Assembly: GCA_014879535.1 (NCBI GenBank)
Contig: JACSRX010000029.1
Location: 93,476 to 157,475 of the forward strand
Source of the DNA: Chthoniobacterales bacterium
GTDB lineage: Bacteria > Verrucomicrobiota > Verrucomicrobiia > Chthoniobacterales > JACTMZ01
DNA: 64,000 nucleotides
Direction: 5' to 3'
Under the pieces are notes generated by a model. It was given only the letters and a program-made list of their open reading frames with translations. It did no database searches and had not been told where the DNA came from. Below, in pieces: positions 9,166 to 17,957 of this stretch; position 1 is the stretch's first letter; each line of letters opens with the position of its first letter. The translations under genes and the position numbers were made by a program.

Positions 9166-10048
9166 GGTTCACCACCGTCTTGGCACCGAGCCCGTAAACC
9201 AAGGCGGTTTTGGTCGTCCCCAGCAGGACCCAGTCGGCCGCGACGGACTGCAGCTCTTTGTGGAAGGTTTCGGCCTTGTTCAAGGTCATGGCATGGACGT
9301 CGTCGGACTTGTTGAACTTGCACTGGAAGGCGAATTCCCCGCAGACCGGCTTCTCGAGCTTGCGGCTGCGCCAGACCGCGATGGTGGTCTTCCCGTTGTA
9401 GTGATGGCCGAAGTGCGCCAGACCCGTGTTGACCTGCACCTCCTCGACCGCCATGTCGTTGACGAGCTCGATGGGGGCGTCGCCCTTCTCCTCGATCTCG
9501 CGGAAGGCAGGAAAAGCATGCGTGATGTTGCGGAGCGCGAGGTCCATCGCCTCCCGCGGCAGCGCCAGCACCGCGTTGTGCGAGTAGATCGCGCGGATCT
9601 CCCCCAGCTTGTCGGGAAGCGGCAGCAACTCCTCCTTGAACTTGATCCGCGTCTGCCCCGCCAATGCCGGACGGATGTCGACCTTGGCCGCGGAGTCGAA
9701 GTCCGGATGCCGGAATTTCACCGTCAGCTCCGGCGTCCCCGCCGGCCAGCCGTCATGGTAGAGCGTGCGCAACCTCACGATGAAGTGGTTGTTGTAGAGG
9801 TCGAACTCCGGGGTGTCGAAGAAGAGCACCTCCCTCACCTGGTTGACGAAGGCGTCCTCTGCCTCCTCCAGCTTCACGTCGAGGTTCTTGGCGACACGCT
9901 TGACCACATGCCAGAAATCCTTGAAAGCCTGCGGCGTGGTGAAAGGCTCCGGACGCAGGAGAATCTTGTATTCGCGGTAATGCAGGTCGTCGTGCGGACC
10001 ATTGGAGGGATCGTCGGCAAAGTCGGGCATATCCGTCGTAGGTATCAC
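9158..10048 (-). CDS. Hypothetical protein, possible CYTH-like (triphosphate tunnel) fold
   Basis: HYREYKILLRP near the N-terminus. FFDTPEFDLYNNHFIVRLRTLY...PELTVKFRHPD resembles the CYTH strand pattern (ExExK; Y-F-D-T-P...L-R-I-R...L-T-x-K). 8-nt overlap with chrA. Assigned by motif reading only. Confidence 0.45.
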   Translation of the reverse strand: MIPTTDMPDFADDPSNGPHDDLHYREYKILLRPEPFTTPQAFKDFWHVVKRVAKNLDVKLEEAEDAFVNQVREVLFFDTPEFDLYNNHFIVRLRTLYHDGWPAGTPELTVKFRHPDFDSAAKVDIRPALAGQTRIKFKEELLPLPDKLGEIRAIYSHNAVLALPREAMDLALRNITHAFPAFREIEEKGDAPIELVNDMAVEEVQVNTGLAHFGHHYNGKTTIAVWRSRKLEKPVCGEFAFQCKFNKSDDVHAMTLNKAETFHKELQSVAADWVLLGTTKTALVYGLGAKTVVNHE

Positions 10049-10144
10049 TTCCCAGAAGGAAGGCGAGCAGAGTGTGAGGTGCGGGCAACCGCCTGCACGA
10101 GTTCAACAGAAAAAATCACCAGTCACACCGATCAAACATGCTGG

Positions 10145-13100
10145 ATGAGAATGCGTCTAAGATTCATCCTGATGGAACTTGCCCCCGTCGTTTCACCGTT
10201 GGCAGGCGCGTGCGGCATTCCGGGCGGACTCACCGAATCGACCAAAAGCTGCCGCCTGCGCTGGCGGACCGCACTTGCGGCCTTGATCGTTCTGGCACCG
10301 CACTCACTCCAAGCGGTTGTTCCCTACACGGGAGGCAGCTATTCTCAGACTTTCGACGGTCTCCACGGCTCGGCCATCGCGCTGGCAGACCTGCCGATCA
10401 CCGGCTTCCCCTACCATCTTGCAGACGCTCCTTTCACCGGATCCTCCGGCATGGGAGGCTGGTATGTGCGCAATGTTGCGTCCGCGGCACTCGCATACAG
10501 AGTCTACGCCGACGCCGGCTCCGGTTCCGGCTATATCAACTTCGGCCTCGCGGGATCCACCAACCGCGCCCTCGGAGGAATTGCCGGAAGCACCAATGCC
10601 CGCCCGCAATTTGGAGTTGTCCTGCGCAACGATACCGGCGGGACGATCAATGAAATCGCAGTTTCCTTCGCCGGGGAGCAATGGCGGGGGACAGGGTCTG
10701 CGACAACCCTGGTCTTTGACTACCAAATCGGAGCGACCCCAAGCGTCGCTGCAGGGGGGACTTTCACGGAACCCGGAGGGAATTTCAACTTCACCGCCTC
10801 CGGTGCCAGCGGCAGCATCAATGGCAAGGTCGAGGGGCGCGTCAACAGCCTGGGGGGCACGTTGTCCGGCCTGACTTGGGCACCGGGACAATATCTCGTC
10901 TTGCGTTGGTCGAACTCCACGAGCGCCGCGGGGATGGCCATCGATGATTTTCAGATCTCCACCCCGGGAGCACCTCCGCCCACCCCCACACCGACTCCGA
11001 GTCCCACACCGCCGCCAAGCCCCGAGTCGGCTTTCATGCCTTTCACCGGCCACCATTACAGCCAAAACTTCGACGGTCTTCATGCATCCTCGCTGAACGG
11101 TGCCTCGCTGCTGCCCGCCGCGAGCTACCCGTATTACCTCGACCAACCACCGTTCACCGAAGGCATCGGGCTGCGCGGATGGTTTGTGCGCAACGGAAGC
11201 TCGGCTTCGCCGGCTTACCGGGTTTACGGCATGGCCGGCGAATCCACCGGATTTGTCAGTTTCGGAAGAGGCTCGAGCGGCGGCGGAGACCGCTCTCTGG
11301 GCGGCATCTCCAACGGCGGGAACACCAGGCCACAATTCGGCATCGTGCTGAAAAACGTCACGGGCGTTGCAATCTCCGAACTGGACATCTCCTTCTCCGG
11401 CGAGCAATGGCGCGGCACGGGGGCATCCGTCACGATGAAATTCGGCTACGGGGTGCAATTCACTCCGGACACCTCCGCGGCGACGCTGGTGGAACCGGGC
11501 GGAAACTTCAACTTCACGGCCAGTGCCCCGGCCGGCGCGATCTATGGGGACACGCATGGACGCTCCGCGGGCTTGGGAGGCTCGCTCCAGAACCTGAATT
11601 GGAACCCCGGCGAATATCTCGTGCTCCGCTGGAGCATCGATGATGCGAACGCGGGGCTGGCCCTCGACGATCTCACCATCACGGCCCCCGGTCTCGCGCC
11701 CAAAGCCGCCGTCGTGCAGGACGACTGGGTTTACGTGAAGTTCCCCCACGCGTTCTCGGTCTCCCAGCAGCGATGGTTCCGTCTTGCGGGCGACAGCGTG
11801 CCCTCCGGCATGACGGACAACGCATTCCAGCCCATCAAGGGCGATGCGCTGAATCCCGCGACCGCCCCCGAGGAACGCGTGAGCCCGGCCTACGCGTCCA
11901 CCGGAGCGGATCCCAAGACGCTCCTCCGCTGGCCCACGAGGGCCGGGGCGGTTTCCTACAACGTGCATTTCGGAACATCCTCGTCGCTGGGTTCAGGCCA
12001 GTTCCTCGGCAATCGTGCCGACCGCTGGATCAGTCCGGGCAACCTCGCGCCCAACACGCAGTATTTCTGGAGGGTGGATGCCGTGGATGCCTTGGGCAAT
12101 GTCACCGCCGGCAACCTGTGGCACTTCTGGACGGGCGACACACCGGGGACGATCACCATGGTCGACACGATGCCCAACGAGCCCCCGAACTACTTCCTGC
12201 GCGACTGGAAGCAGGTGGCGCGCGGGTTTGACAGCATGGTCAGTGATTTCAACGCCGAAGGGCAGTATCTGCCGATCCCGTTCTACACGAGCGCGAAGCG
12301 CAACTTCCCGCAGGCCTTCGTGAACATCGGCAGTTTCATCGGCCACTTCTCCCTCGCCGGCGGAATGGCCACGCAGTCCACCGTGATCGGAGCCTCGCTC
12401 AGCGGCGTGGACAAATCGAAGGATCCCCTCACCGGCCTGAACTACGTGACCATGCAGTCCTCTTACCACAGCGTGGACAAAGGCTTGGGCGTGCTCTACC
12501 ACTCGCCGACCGCCGGTCCCGTGCAAAGCGGATGGTATCAGCTCTTCGCGGCGGTTTCCCACTGGCAACTCGTGGACCTCTACCCCGAGGTGGCTGTCAA
12601 CGAACTCATGCCTGCTAACGACGGGAACACTTACACGATGGAGGGCATCCTCCGATCGAACGCGGACAAATGGCGCGATGCCTCGCAGGTCATCAACGGC
12701 AACTATTCCTTTTTTGCCTTCAACTTCGAGACCATGCAGCCGGACTATGGCGGCACGCTGCTCCCGCACCTTGCGGGTCCGGTTGCATGGCTGGAATACA
12801 CGGCCTACCAGCGCTACGGGGACACGGGCTATCTCGCTGCCGCCGATCAGGCCTTGGGCTTCCTGCAGGACCTGGGTTTCAACCCCAACCACGATCTCCT
12901 TCTTCCCTATGCCGGTGTCGCGGCCGCCCGCATGAACGCGGAGATCGGGAGGAACTTCAATGTCGGAAAGTTCATCAACTGGCACTTCGACAACAACGGC
13001 GATGTGAATGAAAGCACCGGCGTCGCGGGCGGTGAAACTTGGGGCGGCAGCTCCGTGGCGGGTCTGGCCGGCAAACCCGCCCTCCCCATCGAGAAGGTCT

Positions 13101-14650
13101 ATCCCGCGAACACATTCCACTCTGCCGGCGTCCTCGCCCCGGTGGCCAGGTATGACCAACGGTATGCGCAGCACATCGGCAAATGGCTGCTCAATGTGGC
13201 CGTCAACTCCCGCTTCTTCTATCCGAACTTCCTGCCGCCAACGAAGCAGGAGACGGCAAGCGCGGCGTGGGCGCAGCAATACGACACCAACGGCTACATC
13301 GCCTATGAGTTTCTGGGGAAGGACTCCTACTTCATCAACAAGCCGTTGGCAGACCACTCAACGCCGAATGGCAGCGTCCTTTCAGGCGACCACACCTCTC
13401 TGATGCTGGCCGATGACGGCAACTACATGGTGCTCAAGGGCGCCAATGTGCCCAGCGGCCCACGTCTCCGGCACATCTGGCAATTCAACGTCCCCTCAGG
13501 CTGGACTCACAAGCTGCGATTCGAGGGCCGCATCGTGGGTTCCGGGGCGGCCAGCGGCTTCCGGTTCGCCTACAGCAAGAATCCGGCCGGCCCGTGGACC
13601 AACATCGACCTCACATTCACCGACACGACAGAGGTCGAGCGGACGATGAATTTTGCGGAGGTGCTCAAGACGAACATTTCCCCGATTTCGGGGACTCTTT
13701 ACCTCCGCGTGGAGGATCTCGGCCCCCTGCCATCAGAAGGCCCCGACGAACTGCATCTCGACTTCCTGCAGATCCAGACGTTCGATGCCAACACGTCACC
13801 CTACCTCGGCGGCGGCCACACCGCACACGGCGGAACGACGGACCTCTGCCTCTACCAGAGCGCCCAAGTCGGCTACCTCGCCGGCCTCGTCGAGCCGACG
13901 AACGTGGAAGGCGTCCTCCAGATCGACCTCTGCGCAACCGACTTCCTCGGAGCCGCATCCTGGCCGACGTATCTCTATTACAACCCGAAGCCGAACTCGG
14001 TTTCCGTGCAGGTGAACGTGGGATCCGAGCCCGTCGACATCTACGACACAATCACGCAGCAGTTCCTCCAGCAGGGGGTTTCCGGCGTGCGCTCGTTCAA
14101 CATCCCGGCGAACTCCACCCGCGTGCTCGTTCTCACGAAATCCGGGGGACTGCGCTACTACCAAGGCGGCAAATTGTTCGTGGACGGCGCGGCCGTTGAC
14201 TACTACAACCCCGCCGCGCGCGCCGCGGAAGACACACCCGCGAACCCGGCCCCGCTCCATGCGTCTCTCCATGCGGCGCTGGCGGCGAGCCCCATGGGCG
14301 ACGGCATGTCGAACCTCCTCAAATACGCCGTGGGCCTCAACCCGCAAGCGCCGGCTTCCAAGACGGATCGCGAGGTTGTCAAACTGGCGAAGAATTCGTC
14401 GGGCCACAATGAACTCCGGCTCCGGATTCCCGCGAGGCGCGACGACGTGCGCTACACCGTCCAGGGCTCCACTGACCTGAAGACATGGACGACGCTGGCC
14501 AAGGCCGAGGGGCGGAACGCCTTCTCTGCGGCAGAGGGCCTCGGTCATCCGCTTTCCATCGGAAGTGAGGGAGATCGCATCGTCCTTGGTGGATTCGATG
14601 ACGAAGACGCACCGGCGGCATTCTATCGCCTGAAGGTCGAACTCCGCTGA
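10145..14650 (+). CDS. Giant secreted protein. It has two copies of an unassigned module of about 210 aa and a Pro/Thr linker. These are followed by an Fn3-like segment, a large central region of unknown (possibly glycoside-hydrolase-like) function and a shared C-terminal tail.
   Basis: The track ORF 9080..14650 is antisense to the CYTH-like gene upstream of 10145. The first in-frame ATGs are at 10145/10151 (MRMRLRFIL...). Signal-like LRWRTALAALIVLAPHSLQA. Module hallmarks: YSQTFDGL...GWYVRN...AYRVY...NRALGGI...RPQFGVVLRN...FAGEQWRGTG...GGNFNFTAS...LRWS...IDD. Start codon uncertain. Confidence 0.8.
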   Translation: MRMRLRFILMELAPVVSPLAGACGIPGGLTESTKSCRLRWRTALAALIVLAPHSLQAVVPYTGGSYSQTFDGLHGSAIALADLPITGFPYHLADAPFTGSSGMGGWYVRNVASAALAYRVYADAGSGSGYINFGLAGSTNRALGGIAGSTNARPQFGVVLRNDTGGTINEIAVSFAGEQWRGTGSATTLVFDYQIGATPSVAAGGTFTEPGGNFNFTASGASGSINGKVEGRVNSLGGTLSGLTWAPGQYLVLRWSNSTSAAGMAIDDFQISTPGAPPPTPTPTPSPTPPPSPESAFMPFTGHHYSQNFDGLHASSLNGASLLPAASYPYYLDQPPFTEGIGLRGWFVRNGSSASPAYRVYGMAGESTGFVSFGRGSSGGGDRSLGGISNGGNTRPQFGIVLKNVTGVAISELDISFSGEQWRGTGASVTMKFGYGVQFTPDTSAATLVEPGGNFNFTASAPAGAIYGDTHGRSAGLGGSLQNLNWNPGEYLVLRWSIDDANAGLALDDLTITAPGLAPKAAVVQDDWVYVKFPHAFSVSQQRWFRLAGDSVPSGMTDNAFQPIKGDALNPATAPEERVSPAYASTGADPKTLLRWPTRAGAVSYNVHFGTSSSLGSGQFLGNRADRWISPGNLAPNTQYFWRVDAVDALGNVTAGNLWHFWTGDTPGTITMVDTMPNEPPNYFLRDWKQVARGFDSMVSDFNAEGQYLPIPFYTSAKRNFPQAFVNIGSFIGHFSLAGGMATQSTVIGASLSGVDKSKDPLTGLNYVTMQSSYHSVDKGLGVLYHSPTAGPVQSGWYQLFAAVSHWQLVDLYPEVAVNELMPANDGNTYTMEGILRSNADKWRDASQVINGNYSFFAFNFETMQPDYGGTLLPHLAGPVAWLEYTAYQRYGDTGYLAAADQALGFLQDLGFNPNHDLLLPYAGVAAARMNAEIGRNFNVGKFINWHFDNNGDVNESTGVAGGETWGGSSVAGLAGKPALPIEKVYPANTFHSAGVLAPVARYDQRYAQHIGKWLLNVAVNSRFFYPNFLPPTKQETASAAWAQQYDTNGYIAYEFLGKDSYFINKPLADHSTPNGSVLSGDHTSLMLADDGNYMVLKGANVPSGPRLRHIWQFNVPSGWTHKLRFEGRIVGSGAASGFRFAYSKNPAGPWTNIDLTFTDTTEVERTMNFAEVLKTNISPISGTLYLRVEDLGPLPSEGPDELHLDFLQIQTFDANTSPYLGGGHTAHGGTTDLCLYQSAQVGYLAGLVEPTNVEGVLQIDLCATDFLGAASWPTYLYYNPKPNSVSVQVNVGSEPVDIYDTITQQFLQQGVSGVRSFNIPANSTRVLVLTKSGGLRYYQGGKLFVDGAAVDYYNPAARAAEDTPANPAPLHASLHAALAASPMGDGMSNLLKYAVGLNPQAPASKTDREVVKLAKNSSGHNELRLRIPARRDDVRYTVQGSTDLKTWTTLAKAEGRNAFSAAEGLGHPLSIGSEGDRIVLGGFDDEDAPAAFYRLKVELR

Positions 14651-14694
14651 CACGCTGCGCAACAGCACCCCATTCCTCTGATCCCGACAATCTC

Positions 14695-17600
14695 ATGAAA
14701 GCACCGCCTCCCCCGATCGGGACACGCACCCACTGCATGCTTCAAGTCAAGTCCGGTCCCTTCCGCTGGATGGCGGGGCTGGCGGCGGCAATCGCCTTCT
14801 TCCCGGCGATGCTTCACGCAGCAGCGCCGATTGAAGGAGCGAAGGTGATTTATCTCGGTGACAGTCTGACGAGCAACAATGGAACCCTCGGACCGCAGCG
14901 CGGTTACTACCACTGGACGGATGTGGTGCAGCGGAGGTTCAACCTGCAGGTCATCGCAAATCTCGGCAAAGGCGGCAGCCGGGCGGATGCCGGCCTGGAC
15001 CGGTTGAACGAACAACTTGCCAGCGCCGCACCCACTCCGGATTTCGTCCTCATCAACTTCGGCATGAACGACCACAAGATTGCCGAAGCAACAGGACTTC
15101 CGGTTTCGAGCACCACGGCCTTCGGACAGCAATTGACGGCGATTGTCACCAAGGTGAGGAGTGTGGGCGCCGAGCCGATTCTGGTCGCGCCACATGCCAT
15201 CTACGAGGGCGAAGCCGGCGGCGCCTATTACTACGGAAAATACGATCCGGCGAACTTTGTGGCAGACGGGGGCGCCCTGCAGAGGTTCGATACTTTCATC
15301 GCGGCCATCCGCAACGTCGCCCAGCAGCAGAACGTGCGCCTGATCGACATCCGCAAGGTGTCCGACGAATACGATGGCAGGGAATACACAAGCGAGGGCG
15401 TCCACCTCAGCAAACTGGGGCACCACATCTACGGTGACACGATCGGCAATTTTCTGTCCGCCAATTACCTCAGCGAGGGCTATGTCCCCGCTCCGGTCGC
15501 GTCGTTCACGGGCGGAGCCTTGCCGCATGAGCAATCGTTCAACGCCCTCCACAACGTTGCGCTCTCCACGGAGGACCTGCCCGTGGAAGGTATGCCGCAC
15601 CACCTTGCCGCCTCCCCGTTCTCCGGCTCGTCCATGGCCGGATGGTATGTGCGCAACATCGCAGCCGGCCCGCTCGCCTACAGGGTTTACGGAGACACAG
15701 GATCGAGCTCCGGGCATGTCAATTTCGGCGCGACTGACGCTTCGAACCGCGCTCTGGGCGGCATTTCAAACGGCGGCAGTTCCCTTCCGCAGTTCGGCGT
15801 CGTCCTCCGCAACGACACCGGCTCAACCATCGGGGATGTCGTGATCTCCTTTGCGGGAGAGCAATGGCGCGGGACAGGTGCGGCTGCGACCCTGGTTTTC
15901 GACTACATGGTGGGCACCACCCCGAGCATCGCCGCGGCGGGGCCGTTCACGGAACCGGGTGGAAATTTCAACTTCACCGCTTCCGGAGCAAGCGGCAGCA
16001 TCAACGGCAAAGTCGAGGGCCGCGTCAACGATCTCGGCGGCACATTGTCCGGACTCAACTGGGCTCCGGGACAATACCTCGTCCTGCGCTGGTCGAACTC
16101 CTCGAACACTGCGGGCATGGCCATCGATGATTTCCGCATTTCAGGAATCGTGCATCCCGAGCCGGTCGTTCATTTCACGGGAACGGGTTACGAGCAGACC
16201 TTCGATGGATTGCACCAGGGAGGCATCGCCTTGGCGGACCTCCCGACAAGCGGGTTTCCCTACCTGCTTGCCGCGGCGCCGTTCAACACCTCGGAGGGGA
16301 TGGACGGATGGTATGTGCGAAACATTTCGTCGGCAGCCTTGGCCTACAGGGTTTACGGGGAAACGGGCACAGGGTCCGGATTCATCAACTTCGGCCTGAC
16401 CGGCGCCTCGAACCGTGCCTTGGGAGGCATCTCCAATGGGAATAGCGCACGACCGCAGTTCGGTGTCGTTGTGCGCAACGACACGGGCGCGACCATCACA
16501 CAGATCCCCATTTCCTATGTGGGCGAGCAGTGGCGCGGCACAGGCTCGGCCACAACGCTGGTGTTCGACTACATGGTCAGCCCAACCCCGAACATCGCCG
16601 CGTCCGGGACATTCATCGCACCCGGGGAAAGCTTCAATTTCACCGCCTCCGGCGCCAGCGGCAGCATCAACGGCAAGACGGCCGGAAGGACACCGGGTCT
16701 TGGCGGCATGCTGAGCGGGCTCAATTGGGCTCCCGGACAGTATCTCATCCTGCGTTGGTCGAACTCCACGAACACCGCAGGAATGGCCATCGACGATTTC
16801 CGCCTCGGTGACGCCGAGTTCGATCCCGATCCAGATCCCACGCCAACACCGACTCCGACTCCGACGCCTGCTCCCACACCAACTCCGACGCCAACACCGA
16901 CCCCGGCCCCATCGGGACCGATTGTCACCTTCGCAGGAAGCTACGCCCAGACTTTCAACGGGCTCTCCGGCGCGAGCATTTCCTCAACCGAACTGCCAAT
17001 CGCCGGGTTCCCCTACCTGTTGGATGCCGCACCATTTTCAGGTGCCTCGGGCCTGGCCGGATGGCATGTGCGCAACATCGCAGCTGCGGCACTGGCCTAC
17101 AGGGTTCACGGAGAAACGGGCACAGGCTCCGGTTACATAAACTTCGGGCTCACGGGCTCCACGGATCGTGCGCTCGGCGCAACAGCCGGCGCGAGCAATG
17201 CGCGTCCGCAATTCGGCGTCGTGCTGCGCAACAACACGGCATCCACGATCAGTCAAATCGCAATCTCATTCGCCGGAGAGCAGTGGCGCGGCACCGGCTC
17301 AGCAACGACTCTCGTCTTCGACTACCAAGTCGGGAATTTGCCGAGCATCGCCGCAACGGGAACCTTCACCGAGCCGGGTGGGAACTTCAATTTCACGGCC
17401 TCCGGCGCCAGCGGCAGCATCAATGGCAAGGTCGCGGGACGCGTCGGCAACCTCGGAGGCACCTTGTCAGGTCTCAACTGGGCACCCGGCCAATACCTCA
17501 TCCTGCGCTGGTCGAACTCCACAAACTCCGCAGGCATGGCGATTGACGATTTGCAGATCGTCAGCATTGGAGCCCCTCCTCCAACTCCCACGCCCACCCC

Positions 17601-17931
17601 GACACCAACCCCTGCTTGGAATCTGCTCGAATACGCCATCGGACTCGGCCCGCAGGCTGTCAGGTTGACCAGAAGCTCCTCCGGACAGGCGGAAATCCGC
17701 CTTCGGATTCCAGAGCAGCGCGACGATGTCCGATACATTGTTCAAGTCTCCGATGACCTGACGACGTGGATGACGCTGGCAATCGCCGAAGGACGGGGCA
17801 CCTTCTCCGTGGCGGACGGCCTGAGCCACCCGCCTTCCATCGGCAACGAGGATGGGCAGATTGTCCTCGGAGGATTCGACAACGGCGAAACACCAGCAGC
17901 GTTTTACCGCTTGAAAGTCGAATTACGCTGA
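14695..17931 (+). CDS. Secreted SGNH/GDSL-hydrolase-domain protein followed by three copies of the same module of about 210 aa, Pro/Thr linkers and the shared C-terminal tail
   Basis: Signal-like MAGLAAAIAFFPAMLHAAAP. SGNH blocks VIYLGDSLTSNNG, INFGMNDH and TSEGVHLSKLG. Three modules each contain GEQWRGTG and GGNFNFTASGASGSINGK. The tail ends AAFYRLKVELR, as in the preceding gene. An alternative start is ATG 14737. Confidence 0.85.
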   Translation: MKAPPPPIGTRTHCMLQVKSGPFRWMAGLAAAIAFFPAMLHAAAPIEGAKVIYLGDSLTSNNGTLGPQRGYYHWTDVVQRRFNLQVIANLGKGGSRADAGLDRLNEQLASAAPTPDFVLINFGMNDHKIAEATGLPVSSTTAFGQQLTAIVTKVRSVGAEPILVAPHAIYEGEAGGAYYYGKYDPANFVADGGALQRFDTFIAAIRNVAQQQNVRLIDIRKVSDEYDGREYTSEGVHLSKLGHHIYGDTIGNFLSANYLSEGYVPAPVASFTGGALPHEQSFNALHNVALSTEDLPVEGMPHHLAASPFSGSSMAGWYVRNIAAGPLAYRVYGDTGSSSGHVNFGATDASNRALGGISNGGSSLPQFGVVLRNDTGSTIGDVVISFAGEQWRGTGAAATLVFDYMVGTTPSIAAAGPFTEPGGNFNFTASGASGSINGKVEGRVNDLGGTLSGLNWAPGQYLVLRWSNSSNTAGMAIDDFRISGIVHPEPVVHFTGTGYEQTFDGLHQGGIALADLPTSGFPYLLAAAPFNTSEGMDGWYVRNISSAALAYRVYGETGTGSGFINFGLTGASNRALGGISNGNSARPQFGVVVRNDTGATITQIPISYVGEQWRGTGSATTLVFDYMVSPTPNIAASGTFIAPGESFNFTASGASGSINGKTAGRTPGLGGMLSGLNWAPGQYLILRWSNSTNTAGMAIDDFRLGDAEFDPDPDPTPTPTPTPTPAPTPTPTPTPTPAPSGPIVTFAGSYAQTFNGLSGASISSTELPIAGFPYLLDAAPFSGASGLAGWHVRNIAAAALAYRVHGETGTGSGYINFGLTGSTDRALGATAGASNARPQFGVVLRNNTASTISQIAISFAGEQWRGTGSATTLVFDYQVGNLPSIAATGTFTEPGGNFNFTASGASGSINGKVAGRVGNLGGTLSGLNWAPGQYLILRWSNSTNSAGMAIDDLQIVSIGAPPPTPTPTPTPTPAWNLLEYAIGLGPQAVRLTRSSSGQAEIRLRIPEQRDDVRYIVQVSDDLTTWMTLAIAEGRGTFSVADGLSHPPSIGNEDGQIVLGGFDNGETPAAFYRLKVELR
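16820..16912 (+). repeat. Low-complexity coding repeat encoding a (Asp-Pro)/(Thr-Pro) linker
   Basis: The DNA ttcgatcccgatccagatcccacgccaacaccgactccgactccgacgcct... encodes FDPDPDPTPTPTPTPTPAPTPTPTPTPTPAP. Shorter equivalents lie at about 10961-11025 and 17575-17612. Confidence 0.9.
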
Positions 17932-17957
17932 GCCTCGCATTCGCTTCACTGGCCGGC

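Noticed and set aside
9080-10144. Upstream 355 codons of the 1,856-aa track ORF
   Set aside because: This part is antisense to the CYTH-like gene and translates to Arg/Val/Leu-rich nonsense. The signal-peptide-like sequence and the first ATGs begin at about 10145.
10317-17560. Diversity-generating retroelement (template/variable repeat) hypothesis for the five similar modules
   Set aside because: No reverse transcriptase or accessory gene lies nearby. Differences between copies are spread along the whole module and fall mostly at synonymous third positions. They are not clustered adenine-specific substitutions in a short C-terminal variable region.
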